Assembly (NCBI RefSeq): GCF_009914755.1
Contig: NC_060927.1
Origin: the human T2T-CHM13v2.0 reference genome, Homo sapiens
DNA length: 64,000 nt
Direction: 5' to 3' (one strand)
Of this stretch, positions 32,715-53,546 are shown in pieces (positions within the stretch are counted from its first letter, which is position 1; each line of letters opens with the position of its first letter). The notes under the pieces are model-generated. The model did no database searches, was not told where the DNA came from, and saw only the letters and a program-made list of their open reading frames with translations. A program made the translations under genes and the position numbers.

Positions 32715-32935
32715 TACCTACCATGTGCCAAAAACAGGCACTCTGCTAGGCAAGGTCACTTGTTTTATCATTTAATCCTCACAATAGCCCTTATGAAAGT
32801 GCATGATCACTCCCATTTTAGAGATAAGAAAATCGACATTTTGAAACATGACAAATTTGCCCAAGAAGTCACCTTTAGTATGTGACAAGGCTAACATTTA
32901 AACTCAGACCTATTTGATTCCATGTCCTTAAAACC
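32715..32935 (-). mobile_element. MIR element
   Basis: CATTTAATCCTCACAATAGCCC...CCCATTTTAGAGATAAGAAAA. Confidence 0.7.
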
Positions 32936-33201
32936 TATTATCATTACATAAAGCCCAGCTTCCAATTATTGAAGCTAGTACAATCCTAGAAAATAGTAGG
33001 CTTTATCATTTTTTTTCCTGCTTCCAAGAGGAAACAGATATTATCTCCAGCTACCAGAGGGGAACCTGAAGCTTATATATAAAGTGATAACACAAGTTCT
33101 TGAATCTTGGAATTACTAGCCCTTTTGCTGCATTAGCATTCTACTGAGATTCATGATGACAATCAAGAAAAGGTGGAGGAGAAAAGTGCATGCAATTATA
33201 A

Positions 33202-33558
<357 letters not shown>

Positions 33559-33777
33559 ACTGAGTACCTATTATAGGTCAAGCACAGTGCTTGGCACTGG
33601 GGATATAACAGTGAATTAAAAAAAAAAAAAAAAGACAGTTTATTCCCATGGAGAAGTTTCACCCTAGTGGGAAGATACTGGCAACTAAATAGACAATTAA
33701 AATATAGTGCGGTAAATATAGAAGCGGGATAGCACAGGGTACCACAGGTGCACAGAGAAGACAAACTAAACCCAGAA

Positions 33778-33897
33778 AGGCTGTCAGATAAAATATAAGA
33801 TACCTAGTTAAATTTGAATTTTAGATGAACAATGAATAATTTTTTAGTAGAAGTATGTTCCAAATATTGTCCTCTACTTGCTATATCTGGCAACCCT
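33778..33897. mobile_element. MER53-like hAT MITE
   Basis: Terminal inverted repeats AGGCTGTCAGATA / TATCTGGCAACCCT. Confidence 0.6.
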
Positions 33898-34009
33898 TGG
33901 TGGGAGTGATGTTTAGAAAAAGCATCTCAGAATAAATGATACCTAAGACAAAAACCAAACTACTCTTACTTGTCCCCAACAAATCTGGACCCTGAAAAAG
34001 TATGTTATT

Positions 34010-34325
34010 TGCTGCCCTGTGGAGACAACCATGTGACAAGGATCTGAAGTCAACAGCAGTCAGCAAGGAACTGTAAGCTCTTGCCAATATCCATGTATGA
34101 ATATGTGAGCCATCCTGGAAGGACATCTTCCAGCCCTAGTCCAGCCTGCAGATGACTACAGCCCTGGCCAATTGCTTGACTACAACCTCATGAGGGACCC
34201 TGAGGCAGAAATACCTACGTAAGCCACTCCCAGATTGCTGATCCTCAGAAACCATGTGAGATGAATGTTTGTTTTAAGCTGTTAAATTTTAGAGTAATTA
34301 TTATGCAGTAATAGGAAGTAATGCC
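34010..34325 (+). mobile_element. MLT1 (MLT1F-like) LTR fragment
   Basis: CAGATGACTACAGCCCTGGCC...TTTTAAGCTGTTAAATTTT...TATGCAGTAATAG. Confidence 0.75.
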
Positions 34326-35203
34326 CTGCTGATTAGAGGAGAACTGTGTTTCTTATGAACAGGCCTACACTCATTCATTCACTGGCCATGTGGAGTCACC
34401 ATCAGTGTGACCTCAGCAAGAATGAGGTGGTGGATCCAGAGGGACCACAGCTGGGACTGTCAGTCATTTGTGCCTCCCACCAGCAGGAGGTCTGAATGGC
34501 ACACTTCCATGGCCACCATAAGATTACAAAAAGTGTATTAGCTATAGCATGTCCTTTCTGAAACAAAACAGTAAGAACCTTTTTAAAGACGAAATTTAAA
34601 AAAATACTTAAGTACAGCTTAATCACTTGAGAGAGTTGTGTGAAAATGAAAATACAAGCAAAATAATAAAGAAAATTAGCAGAGCTAAGACAACTCTAAA
34701 ATCTTGGATTAGCTCTGGTTCTTAGCTCGATTTCATGTGTGCTAAGAATGATACTGCTCTGCCAACCAAGAAAATAATTTGTTCCTGGGTGGGTTGTTTT
34801 GTATCTCTTACTCAGAAAGGAATTTTTGAAATCTAAGGATAATGTGCAACTGGGAAGCTATGAACTGTGGTTAATCAACTAATCCAGAATTTCTACAAGT
34901 AGTCTGGTGAAACAATCTGAGTGCTATGAATTCCATAAATTATTTTATTCCAAAAGATAAGTTTAAGTAAAAGTGACTGCATTTCAAACTATATTAGGAG
35001 AAAAGAAAAACGTTAGAGAAAGACTTTATTTCCCTAATAATACAGAATGAGTTGAGAGGGAATGGTAATACCTATAGAATTATGTATGGCTACAGGGAGA
35101 CGCTAGAAGTTTTCCTCTTTGACCACGGTGCCCGGATTCAGTTCCTTGGCTTTATAAAGTTCTCCATCCATACCATCACAGAGTTTCTGCTATTATGACA
35201 TAC

Positions 35204-35310
35204 TTTTCCCCAGGCCAGTTCAATACCAATCAAGCTTGGTATGTGTTTGTGTTAGAATCCTTTAAGGTCTATGGTCCAGATATACCAGATGTCACTTTTC
35301 TCCTTATGGC
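35204..35310 (-). other. Weak candidate non-coding cassette exon (107 nt)
   Basis: TATTTTATAG| acceptor and AAA|GTATGT donor in repeat-poor DNA; stops in all frames. Confidence 0.25.
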
Positions 35311-35586
35311 CTATAAAATAGTCACAATTATCTTACAAGATTCCACACTCAAATTTCACAGAAACGGAGATAAGGATATTGCCTTAAAGTGCTTACATCT
35401 CCACTGATTTATACAGCCTGATTTAACCCTTGTTTATTTATAAATTAGTATTTTATTCTATTTTTTAAATGTCCAAGTCATTTAAAAATTACCTTGATAA
35501 CTAACCCTCGATATTAAAAGAGAGAAGCCAGTGATCATACACATAAAATCTACACCATCTTTGAATTTAAGTACCTAATAATGAAC

Positions 35587-36413
35587 TGTTTTTACTCACA
35601 ACACTTCTGACACCAAATGTTTGGGTTTTTTTTTTTTTTTTTAAATCACACCAACCAATTCTCCAATTCTTCAGACACCAATTAGGTGTCTAACAATTCA
35701 ATACAATTTTGATAGTAACTACCTGGAGTTAGCCCAGACCTCACAGACTAAGAGGTCAGTCCCATAAGACTGCCTGCCACAGCTGCTAGCCACAGATGAC
35801 ATGCCCAGGCTACTCCCATTTCTGCCTACAGACTACAAATTTGAGGGTTCCCATGACCCCGCCTCAGATTTAATAATTTGCTAGAATGACACAGAACTCA
35901 GTATAGCACTTTACTTACTATTACTGGTTTGTTTAAAAGGCTACTACAACTCAGGAAGGCAACAGCCAAATCGAAGAGAAACGTAAGACAGGGCAATGGG
36001 GCAGGGGTAGGGGGTGGGTGCACAGAGCTTCCATGCCACCTCCAAGCACGCCACCCTCCCAGTACCTCACTGTGTCCACCAACCCAGAAGCTCTCCAAAC
36101 TGTCATTTATGGGGTTTTATAGAGGTTTCCTTATGTAAGCATGATTGATTAAATCATGGCCATTGGTAATCATCTAAATCTCCAGGCCCTCTCTCCCTGC
36201 TGGAAGTCAGAGGTGGGGTTGAAAGTTTCAATCCTTGGTCTTTCTGGCACCAGCCCCCATCCTAAAGCTATCTAGGGGACCCCAGTCAACAATCTTCTCA
36301 TTAGAGTACAAAAGACACTCATTACTTTGGAGATTCAAAGGGCTTTAGGAACTGTGTGCCAGAACTGGAGGCAATGAACAAAATTTATTTTTTATTATAC
36401 ACATTGATATTAC
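35587..36413 (-). mobile_element. MER21-family ERVL LTR
   Basis: CACAACACTTCTGACACCAAATG and TTTAGGAACTGTGTGCCAG motifs. Confidence 0.8.
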
Positions 36414-36847
36414 AGAATAAAGCAACAGTTACTCAGCTATTTTTCTATGGTAATCAGTAGCAGTCATAGATATGCTTTGATCAATTCTATATAAATTGAT
36501 ACATGTATCAAACAAAGCCCTGAAGCTTCAGGCCTAAGCCTCATGCATTTGCTTGTGGCCATTCTACCACATATGGTTAAGATTTTCCAATGACTGTATC
36601 AATGTTTCCTAACAAGTGGGTTGTTTCATAGTGAGGTCTAAAGATCTGGAATAAAAAAAAATCAAGAAAAGCTTCACAAACTGGCCAGTAAAATAATCAA
36701 TGACCAATGGTCAAAATAATATACGACCAATTTCTAAAGGATTAGCTGTCTTTTCTAATACCACACTATTACATTTTATAATTCAGAGTAGAAGAGAGTT
36801 GTGAAAAAAAAGCATTCAACAGAACTTTTTAACATCATCTAGGATAA

Positions 36848-37188
<341 letters not shown>

Positions 37189-37531
37189 CTCTCCAGCTTT
37201 CTTTCCTTCTATTTGGAACTTCTTTTATTTACCTCCTCTTAAAACACGTTTTTTCTAGTTCTCTTTGTTCATAAGTAATCCAATATATATTATAGAATTT
37301 ATCTCATGGATACATCTTAAATAATATAAAGATAACATTAACTTTGCTTTTTATTTTAATGGGTACTTGAATAATTAGATTCTCCCAAAATAAGTACCAC
37401 ATAAAAAATCACTAAAATGTATACTTATTTTCCAGTCATTTTACAATTTTACTGTTCTCCTTTCTGACTGTCTATATGAGGTTATCTTGAGAGAAAGTTC
37501 CACTTTGAAAATTTTACTAACAGAAACTTTC

Positions 37532-37613
37532 CTGAACTCCTTGCCTCAAGTGATCCTTCCACTTCAGCCTCCCAAAGCATTAGGATTATAGGCGTGAGCC
37601 ACTGTGCCCAGCA
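37532..37613 (-). mobile_element. Tailless 3'-truncated Alu (first ~80 nt)
   Basis: Alu 5' end to the B box, no poly(A); TSD TAACAG(A/T)AACTTTC at 37518-37531 and 37614-37627. Confidence 0.85.
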
Positions 37614-38211
37614 TAACAGTAACTTTCTCATATCCATCTTAAGTACTCTTTTTAAAATTAAAGATCCAAAACTGGTGGGTAGGGGACAACAAATGGAAGC
37701 TCCCAACAAAACCTAAAAAGAGAAAAACCCAACAGTAGAATTTTTTCATTGTCTTATCCACTCAACAAATATACAGTGAGCTCCTGTGAGACAGGCACTA
37801 TGCTAGGTACAAGTCCCATGTTGTCTCAATAGCCTGCCATTACAATATGATCTTAAAATGCCAATGAGGTTAGCAGCATTCTGTATTTATTTATTTAAAT
37901 TATACTTAAATATATAAAAATGTGTGTGTGGAGGGGGGCAGTTTTTGGGTTGTTCTGTGCCTTCTACCTTGTTCTAAAAACTCAAGACAATAGCAAGAAT
38001 GGAATAAATTCTGAGAACTACACATGGAGGGTTAGGAGTAAGGTATCAGTGGATAAAACAGAAAGAAAACCAAGATGTTAAGAATATTTCAAAGATTTTA
38101 AAGCTCTAAAAGTAACACAAACATCTGGGTAGTGCTTTACAAATATTATCTTACTTGAGTCTAGCAGTGTTCCTGATGACAACAGCCGACAGAGACTGGT
38201 TATCAACTTAC

Positions 38212-38288
38212 TTATTTGTCTTTGGCAAAAAATTTCAACTCCGTCTACTGAACGATTTTTCATATGAGAACGTCTTTAATTTTTATAG
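38212..38288 (-). other. Candidate 77-nt cassette exon (5'UTR or uORF/start-containing)
   Basis: Acceptor TTTTCCTGTTGGCTTCAG| and donor TAA|GTAAGT; ATG at 38263 (MKNRSVDGVEIFCQRQI). Confidence 0.45.
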
Positions 38289-39178
38289 CTGAAGCCAACA
38301 GGAAAATAACATTCAATCATAAAAGTATAATTCAACTCAAACTAAATCTCATTAGGTACCATATTACAGGACACTAACACTTGAGACTTTAAAAATTAAA
38401 TGTATGCTATTTTTAAGTTTCATACATAACCTTGGATCAAGTTATAATATCCTTTGATATATTTTGTAAAATACTTCTTATAATTAAGTTCCTTGAAATA
38501 AAGTTAAAATATATCTGATACTGAGCTGCAAACTACAACAACGTTTTAGCATAATTTACAACCAAAAATATAGGAAAGGCTCTCAATTCATTAATCATCC
38601 AGGAAATACAAATTAAAGCTACCATATATTACCACTGCACACTTACCACACTAAGTATAAGAAAACAGATGAAAAATACTGTGATGGTTAACTTTTGTGT
38701 CAACTTGACTGAGCTAAAGGATGCCCAGATAGCTGATAAAACATTGTTTCTGGGTGGTCTATGAGATGTTTCTGGAAGAGACTAGCATTTGAATCAGTAG
38801 AGTGAATAAAGAAAATCACCCTCTCCAATGGAGAGGGGCATCATCCAACCTGTTGAGGGCCCAAAGAGAACAAAAAGGCAACAGAAGGGAGAATCTGCTT
38901 CTGTTTGAGCTGGACATTCATCTTTTCCTGCCTGTGAAATTGGCACACTGGTTCTGAGGCCTCTGGCCTAGAATTGGGACTTGTACCATCAGCCCCTCTA
39001 GTTCTCAGCCCTTCAGACTTGAGCTGGGACTTGTGCCACTGGCTCCCGTGATTCTCAGCCTTCAGACTCAGACTGAATGACATCACCAGCTTTCCTGGTT
39101 CTCCAGGTTGCAGACAGCAGGTCACAGGATTTCTTGACCTACATAACTGTATGAGCCAATCCCTATAATCAATCAATT

Positions 39179-39179
<1 letters not shown>

Positions 39180-39244
<65 letters not shown>
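39180..39244. repeat. (CT)n(CA)n microsatellite
   Basis: Directly visible. Confidence 0.95.
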
Positions 39245-39247
<3 letters not shown>

Positions 39248-39665
39248 CTGATATTTGAATAACAGGTTCAAACTGTACAGGTACACTTATACACAGATTT
39301 TCTTCTGCCTCTGCCACCCGAGACGGCAAAATCCACCCCTCCTCTTCCTACTCCTTCTCAGCCTACTCTTCATTAACATGACAAGGATGAAGACCTTTAT
39401 GACAAACCACTTACACTTAATGAATGGTACACATATTTTCTCTCCCTTAAGATCTTCTTAATAACATTTTCCTTTCTCTGGCTTACTTTATTGTAAGAAT
39501 ACAGTACACAATCTATAACATACAAAATATGGGTTACTTAACTGTTCATGTTATCGGTAAGGCTTTTGGCCAACAGTGAGCTATTAGTAGTTAAAATTAT
39601 ACACAGATTTTTGACTGCACAGGGAGGTCAGTGCCCCAACCACTGCGTTGTTCAAGGGTCAGCTG
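39243..39665 (+). mobile_element. Tigger2a-like Tc1/mariner relic
   Basis: 3' TIR TGTTCAAGGGTCAGCTG followed by TA; GGATGAAGACCTTTATGA internal motif. Confidence 0.8.
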
Positions 39666-39694
39666 TATATATACACATATATATATATTATATA

Positions 39695-39739
<45 letters not shown>
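39666..39739. repeat. (TA)n(TG)n microsatellite
   Basis: Directly visible. Confidence 0.95.
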
Positions 39740-41161
39740 GTCATAAAAAACCAATAGGAGAGACAGCGGTTCTGATTCTTTGGAGAACCCTGACTAATGC
39801 ACATTAGGTATTGGCAAGGATGTGGAGCAACAGAAATCCTCATCTGTTGCCAGTGGGAGTGTGAACTGGTATAACCACTTTGAGAAAAATCATCTGGGAG
39901 TATCGACTAAAACTGAACCCCAACCAAACAGTTCCAATCCTAGGTGTATGCCCTGTAGAAATACGTACATGTGTTCACCAAAGGACATGGACTAAAATAT
40001 TTATGACATAACTAATCATAATATTCCCAAACTTAAAATTACCTACCCAAATGCCCAATAACATTAAAGTGAATAATGGTTTATTCACACAATGGAGTAT
40101 TACATAGCAATGAGAAAGGATGAACTATGATTACTAAGCTTGATCTCACAACATCTTCTTAAGCAAGAGAAGCCAGTCACAAAAGAATAAATACTGTATG
40201 ATTACATTTATATAAAGTACAAAAACAGGAGAAAATAATCTGTGCTTTTAGAAGTCATGATAGCAGTTATCCTTGAAATAGAGCACAAGGCATGCTTCTA
40301 GGGTGCTGGTTATATTCTGCTTCTAGATATGAGTGCTGGCTTATAAAACTTCACTGAGCTGTACACTAATATATGTGTGTAAATAAAACTTGAAATAATA
40401 TGTAAATATAAAACATGAATATTTTAATTATAAAAGTAATATCCAGTTATGGATATGTTACAAATACAGAAGAGAATATATAGTAACAGTCAATCATAAT
40501 CTCACATTCTAAAGATACTTTGTAAAAAGTAATTTGTTATATTTCCTCATTTTTCTCTATAAATAAATCTCACATAGTTAAGAACCTAAAATACAATTTC
40601 ACTTAAATCTGAGCTCTTAAATTTTATTAAAATATGCTTACATAAAATAATTCTTGTATATCAAGCATTTTTAACTTTAAAATGCTTCTCTTCATAAGCA
40701 AAACTTAATGGCTACAAAATTAGCTATCATATACATACATACACAGTTTATTTAGTAATTGCAAAACTACAGACTTCAGTGTAGGAGCTACTTTTCTGCT
40801 CTTTATAATAAACATCTATGATAAACATCTCTGTCTGTGTCTACATTAATCAATTGTTGAAAGTTATTTCCTTAGGATAGCTACCTAGAGGTGGAATTGC
40901 CAGAAATAATGTTTGCACATTAAAATTGGTAAAGGGTAAAATATTACCTAGCATAAAAACAGAGGGTTGAAAAAGCAACAAAATGAATAACTTTATTTCT
41001 TTCTTTACTAGTCTTTTATTTTAGACAGTGCTCCTTAGTTGGTGAAGCCTCTCAATAAAGCAAAAGATCCACTGTCGAAAAGTCTAAGACATGTAAAGCT
41101 TGATGACATCGTAGTATTAGACACATAGCAGGTACTTAAAAAAAAAAAATTTCTGAATTGA

Positions 41162-41541
<380 letters not shown>

Positions 41542-41542
41542 A

Positions 41543-41728
41543 CAGTAGTGCTTAAAGTATGGTCCAGTGCTAGTAAACATCAGCTTCTCCTGAGAACTTG
41601 TTAGCGATACCAATTTTCAGGTCCCACCCCAGACCTACTGTATCAGAACTCTGGAGGTGATGCCTGGTAATCTTTATAACATGCCCTCTAGGTGACTCTC
41701 ATGCTTGATAAAATTCGAGAACTACTGA
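41543..41728. mobile_element. MER5A hAT-Charlie MITE
   Basis: CCCCAGACCTACTGTATCAGAACTCTGG core; CAGTAGT/ACTACTG TIRs. Confidence 0.8.
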
Positions 41729-42455
41729 CTTAAAGTATTCCCAACCTCCAAGCATACTAAGAAAATATCACCTTTATTAATCAGGGAGTAGAAAAAAGAT
41801 GAATCACTTTTTCAAATTATTACTCAAGTGCCTACTTTGTTCATTTGGGAGACTGAGGACCTTATTGATAAATAATGTTTTCATCTTCTCTAATTCCTTT
41901 AGATTTGCGATTTACATGTCTGCAGTGTCAGTCATGCTGCTTTTCATATGTAAATGGGTCCCAAATGGACTCACTAAAGGATGTAAAGAATACACAAGTG
42001 TCACTGGATGTTATCCAATGTAAAACAACGTCACTGAAAAAAGGGATAATAAGAGTTTCCAATACGCAATCAAAGAAACAGAGCAAAGTTGTATAATTCT
42101 ACCTAATCACAACAATATATGTTGCAAAAGTAGTTAACAGGAAGATAAAAGATGTGGTAACCTTAGTCTCTTTAAAAACACTTTAATATTTTCCTTTATT
42201 TTTTGTTTTAAATCAGGAACTCCTCTGATTTTCATTTTTAAAAGGTAGTTCTTATTGAATTGTAGTATCTAATTATTTAATATGGTAACAAACCACTATT
42301 AATTTAAATAAAATGTATCTGAAGATAAACAGGAAAAATACAAACAAGAAAAAGGATCAGATGGTAAAGGTTTTTCAGGTAAAGCAACTCGCTGGGATGA
42401 ACTGGTCAATAAATAAAATTATTTGCAGAATGGAATTCTGTTTTCAGATCATTAA

Positions 42456-43088
<633 letters not shown>

Positions 43089-43598
43089 TGGACACCTGCC
43101 AAAGAATTTTTATTGAAATAGCAACCAAATATTGCTTATACCTATTACTCAAAATAATACAAAATAAAACAGGCTTACTAGATATTTTGGGGCTTAAATT
43201 TGTGAAGTAAAATCCAAAAAAGTAATGCAGGTAAAAGTTAGCAGCTTAAGTAAACATGAAACTCTAAAACATATAAGCTACTGAATTTTTAAGATTTTAA
43301 ACACTGAAGTAATTTCTAATACCAATTCTCTACTCTTTTCCCTTTCCAACTCCCTTTAAACTTTATCTTACTCTCATCAAGAAAAGCACAGTTCTCACAT
43401 TTGCATCTCACCAGAAATGCATTATTATGGTCCCTACAGGGAGCCATTCCAGCAACTCTCTCAGTAGAACTCTGAATTCCTTTTGCTCCTAATGCTTTGC
43501 CCACAATATGCTTCTTTTATTCCTGTTTCCAGGCTGTGAAGATTTGTTCAAAAATGTTATAAAACCTGAAACAATTGGTGCCACTATAAATGTATGTA

Positions 43599-43968
43599 TA
43601 GATGCTATGAAGGTAAGTATGATGCGGTTACATCCTGATAAACCCATTGTAAGATGAAAATATTGTAAGTTGGAAATTCATTTAATGCACCTAACCTATC
43701 AAACATTATAGGTTAGCTCAGCCTACCTTAAGGTGCTCAGAATACTTACATTAGCCTACAATTAGGCAAAGTCATCTACCACAAAGCCTATTTTATAATA
43801 AAGTGTTGAATAACTCATGTAATTTATTGAATACTGTACTGAAAGTGAAAAACATAACAGTGGTATGGGTACTCGAAAGTATGGTTTCTACTGAATGTGT
43901 GTCACTTTCGCACCATCATAAAGTCAAAAATTTTTAAGTCAAACCATCGTTAAGTTGGGGATCATCTA
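43599..43968 (+). mobile_element. MER47A (Tigger-derived) MITE
   Basis: GTTACATCCTGATAAACCCATTGTAAG...AAGTTGGGGATCATCT. Confidence 0.82.
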
Positions 43969-44119
43969 TCTTCTGGGGACTCTAACTTCAGCTGGTTCCT
44001 TGCTGTGACCCAGGGGACCCCAGACTCATCTCTAAGACTATAAAGGACTAAAAATAATACAAAACAGGATCTAATCACCAATACTCTCCAAATGGAGAAT
44101 TTGTGTACTTCTCTCATAA

Positions 44120-46513
<2,394 letters not shown>

Positions 46514-46853
46514 TTTCTTTTGTTAATTCAATGTGTCTTCTAGATCATTCTATATTTGTACATAGCCTTTCTCATTCCCAATTTTACATCTGCATAGCAT
46601 TCCATTATATGTACTGAACACAATTTATTTAACTACATCCTAGTGATGGATTTACATTGTTTCCAATACTTTACTATTACATATTATACTGTAAAGATTA
46701 ACTTTTATTTCCTAAATTTGTGAGCTTAGCAATAAAATAAATTCCTAGAATTGAGACTGCTAAGTCATAAGATATGTTAATGTTAAATTAATAAATATTG
46801 CAAATTCCCTCTCATAAAGGCTGTACTAATTTATGTTCCCACCAGTAGTATAG

Positions 46854-47881
<1,028 letters not shown>

Positions 47882-48229
47882 CTCAGTGTAATTTTAAAGT
47901 ACATATGCCTTATGAATGAGGTTGAGTACCGTTACATATGTGTAAGAACTGTTAATATTTCCATTTCTGTGAACTTTCTTTTCATAAGTTTTGTCCATTT
48001 TTTGAAAATTGGACTGTTGTTTTGATTATTTATCATTATATAATATTCCTCTTTGTCCCTTTAATGCCTTGAGGTTTGAAGTATGTTTTATTTTATTTAG
48101 TATCAATATTATATTCTTGCTCCTGGTACATCATTGGCCATTTCCATTATTTTTAATCTTCTTTCCATTTAGGAGTTTTAAATATTTTTATTTGAGAGGC
48201 TTACAGGCCAGTGGAAATAAGACCTAAGC

Positions 48230-49430
<1,201 letters not shown>

Positions 49431-49469
49431 TGAAAATATTATAAACAAGAGAAAAAAGCAAGCACAGAA

Positions 49470-49695
49470 TGAATGCTTACTATGTGCTACGCATAACTTA
49501 CTATGTGCAGTTGCTCATTTAATCTTTACACATTCTATGAGCAACCTACTATTATAATATGTATCATTACAGATGTGGACACTGTAGTTTAGAAAGATCA
49601 ACTTGCTCAAGATCACACATTTGGCTGGGTGTAAGAAATGGAACCAAGATTACATTTTAGTCCTCCAGAGCTCTTGTTCTTAACTACTACACTAT
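49470..49695 (-). mobile_element. MIR element
   Basis: CTCATTTAATCT...TTACAGATGTGGACACTG...AACTTGCTCAAGATCACAC. Confidence 0.7.
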
Positions 49696-49789
49696 ACTAC
49701 CTTCTATGAAAGACTAAGAAAATGTAGTATCACAGACACAAAGGATAAAACAGTGATTCAAAAAGAAAGGCACCACTCCAGTAGCAATG

Positions 49790-50700
49790 AGCTCATTTAG
49801 CACTGAGATACTGGTTTCTAATAACATTCTCCAAGACAAGGAATCCATACTCTGGAAAAATGACTGATCTGAGGACCGGGCAGGAAATACACAAGATGAG
49901 TCTGGGGGATCTTGCAGTGCCAACAAGTAAGGAAGTATCAAAAACAAACACAATGACTAGGATGTGTCCAAGGGACACGGAAACCAACTGAAAGAGCTTC
50001 CAATGGCCATATCTGGAAATGTGAGCAAGAAAATAAAAGTAGTATTGGATTATAACCCAGAGTATAAACTAAATATCCATGAGTCCATACTAATCTAAAT
50101 AAATGATTGAATCAATAGAGGAGAAGGGACAAATCTAGAGCACCAAAGAGTTCTAATTGGTGTAAATGTTAATTTAACTTATGTAGAAACTCCCCTCAAG
50201 GAGGGAGAGCATAACTCCCTGCTCCTCAAGTGTGCAATCCACACAATGACTTCCTTCCAAAGCCTATGATGCAGAAAAGGAGAGGGGTAAAGACTAACTT
50301 TACTGTGGAGAAACCTGACAAAAGCGACATCGGCCAGCTGATCAAGGTTCACATCAACAGTGATAAGTCATGTTGATAGTATGTGCCTTAATATGCTGTG
50401 ATGAAAATGTCACCCAGGCTGGAGTGCAGTGGCAAAATCACAGCTCCTGTGGCCTCAAACTCCTGGGCTCAAGTGATCCTCCCGCCTCAGCCTCCTGAGT
50501 AGCTAGGAGTACAGGTATGTGCCACCATGCCCAGTTAATTTTTAAAAATGTTTTTGTAGAGGCAGGGTCTCACCATATTGCCCAATCTGAGTTTTGTACG
50601 CTACTGATAGTAGGAGAAACTGAGTGAAGGGTATAAAGTAACTCTGTACTATCTTCAAAATTTTTCTGTAAGCCTAAAGCTGTTCTAAAATGAAAAGGTT
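49790..50700 (+). mobile_element. L1MD-type 3'UTR fragment containing a tailless Alu piece (50408-50584, minus)
   Basis: GTATTGGATTATAACCCAGAG, GTGGAGAAACCTGACAAA and CTCTGTACTATCTT motifs. Confidence 0.7.
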
Positions 50701-51159
50701 ATTAAGAAAAACAAAAGAAAGATATCAACTGTGTTAAATGCTTAAAAACAAACAAACAACCCCCCCCCCCCCCCGCAAAAAAAAAAAATAAAAAAGACAA
50801 AGACTAAGGGCAGTTTCATATAATTAATGGAAACAAAAGCCAGATTATATTGGACAGAGGAGTGAATGAGAGGTGACAATGGCACTGAAAGCGTATGCCC
50901 TCTTCCAAAAAGTCTGATTATAAGAGGAAGAACAAATCACAGCTGGAAGTAGACGTCAAGTTGAAGAAAGTGTTTTTGCTTTTGTCTTGTTAAATCAAGG
51001 TATAATTCACTTGCAAACAATTCACTTTTGAAAGTAGGTTTTAGTATATTTACAAAATCATAAAACCATCACCTCTATTTAATTCCAGAACATTATCATC
51101 ACTGCAAATGAAATGGTGAATTAAAGACTAGATAAATGTTCCATTTGAATGGAGCATTA

Positions 51160-52680
<1,521 letters not shown>

Positions 52681-52898
52681 AATTTCTCCCCTTTTGAGCC
52701 ATCATGTTTGCCTCAATCTCTGCCATCAAATTCTTCCAGCCAATAAGATTTTGTTTTTTCTGCGAAAGTTTAGTATCCTGCGTAGAGCACACTAGTGCCT
52801 GTCCTCTGACTGAAACTAAAAACTAAAAAATGGTAAACTCACCTGGCTAAACAAGTACAACTCTGTTAGTCCCTCTCTACTGCTTTGAGATACTTTTA

Positions 52899-53546
<648 letters not shown>

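Larger units (their letters stand above)
38680..39801 (+). mobile_element. MLT2 (ERVL) LTR interrupted by Tigger2a and microsatellites
   Basis: TGTGATGGTTAACTTTTGTGTCAACTTGACTG start, GGAGAACCCTGACTAAT end. Confidence 0.85.
38560..40400 (+). mobile_element. L1ME-type 3' fragment interrupted by MLT2
   Basis: GGAAATACAAATTAAAGC...TTGGCAAGGATGTGGAGCAAC motifs. Confidence 0.7.

Noticed and set aside
50760-50795. Poly-C run followed by poly-A
   Set aside because: Simple homopolymer; G-quadruplex potential but nothing suggests function
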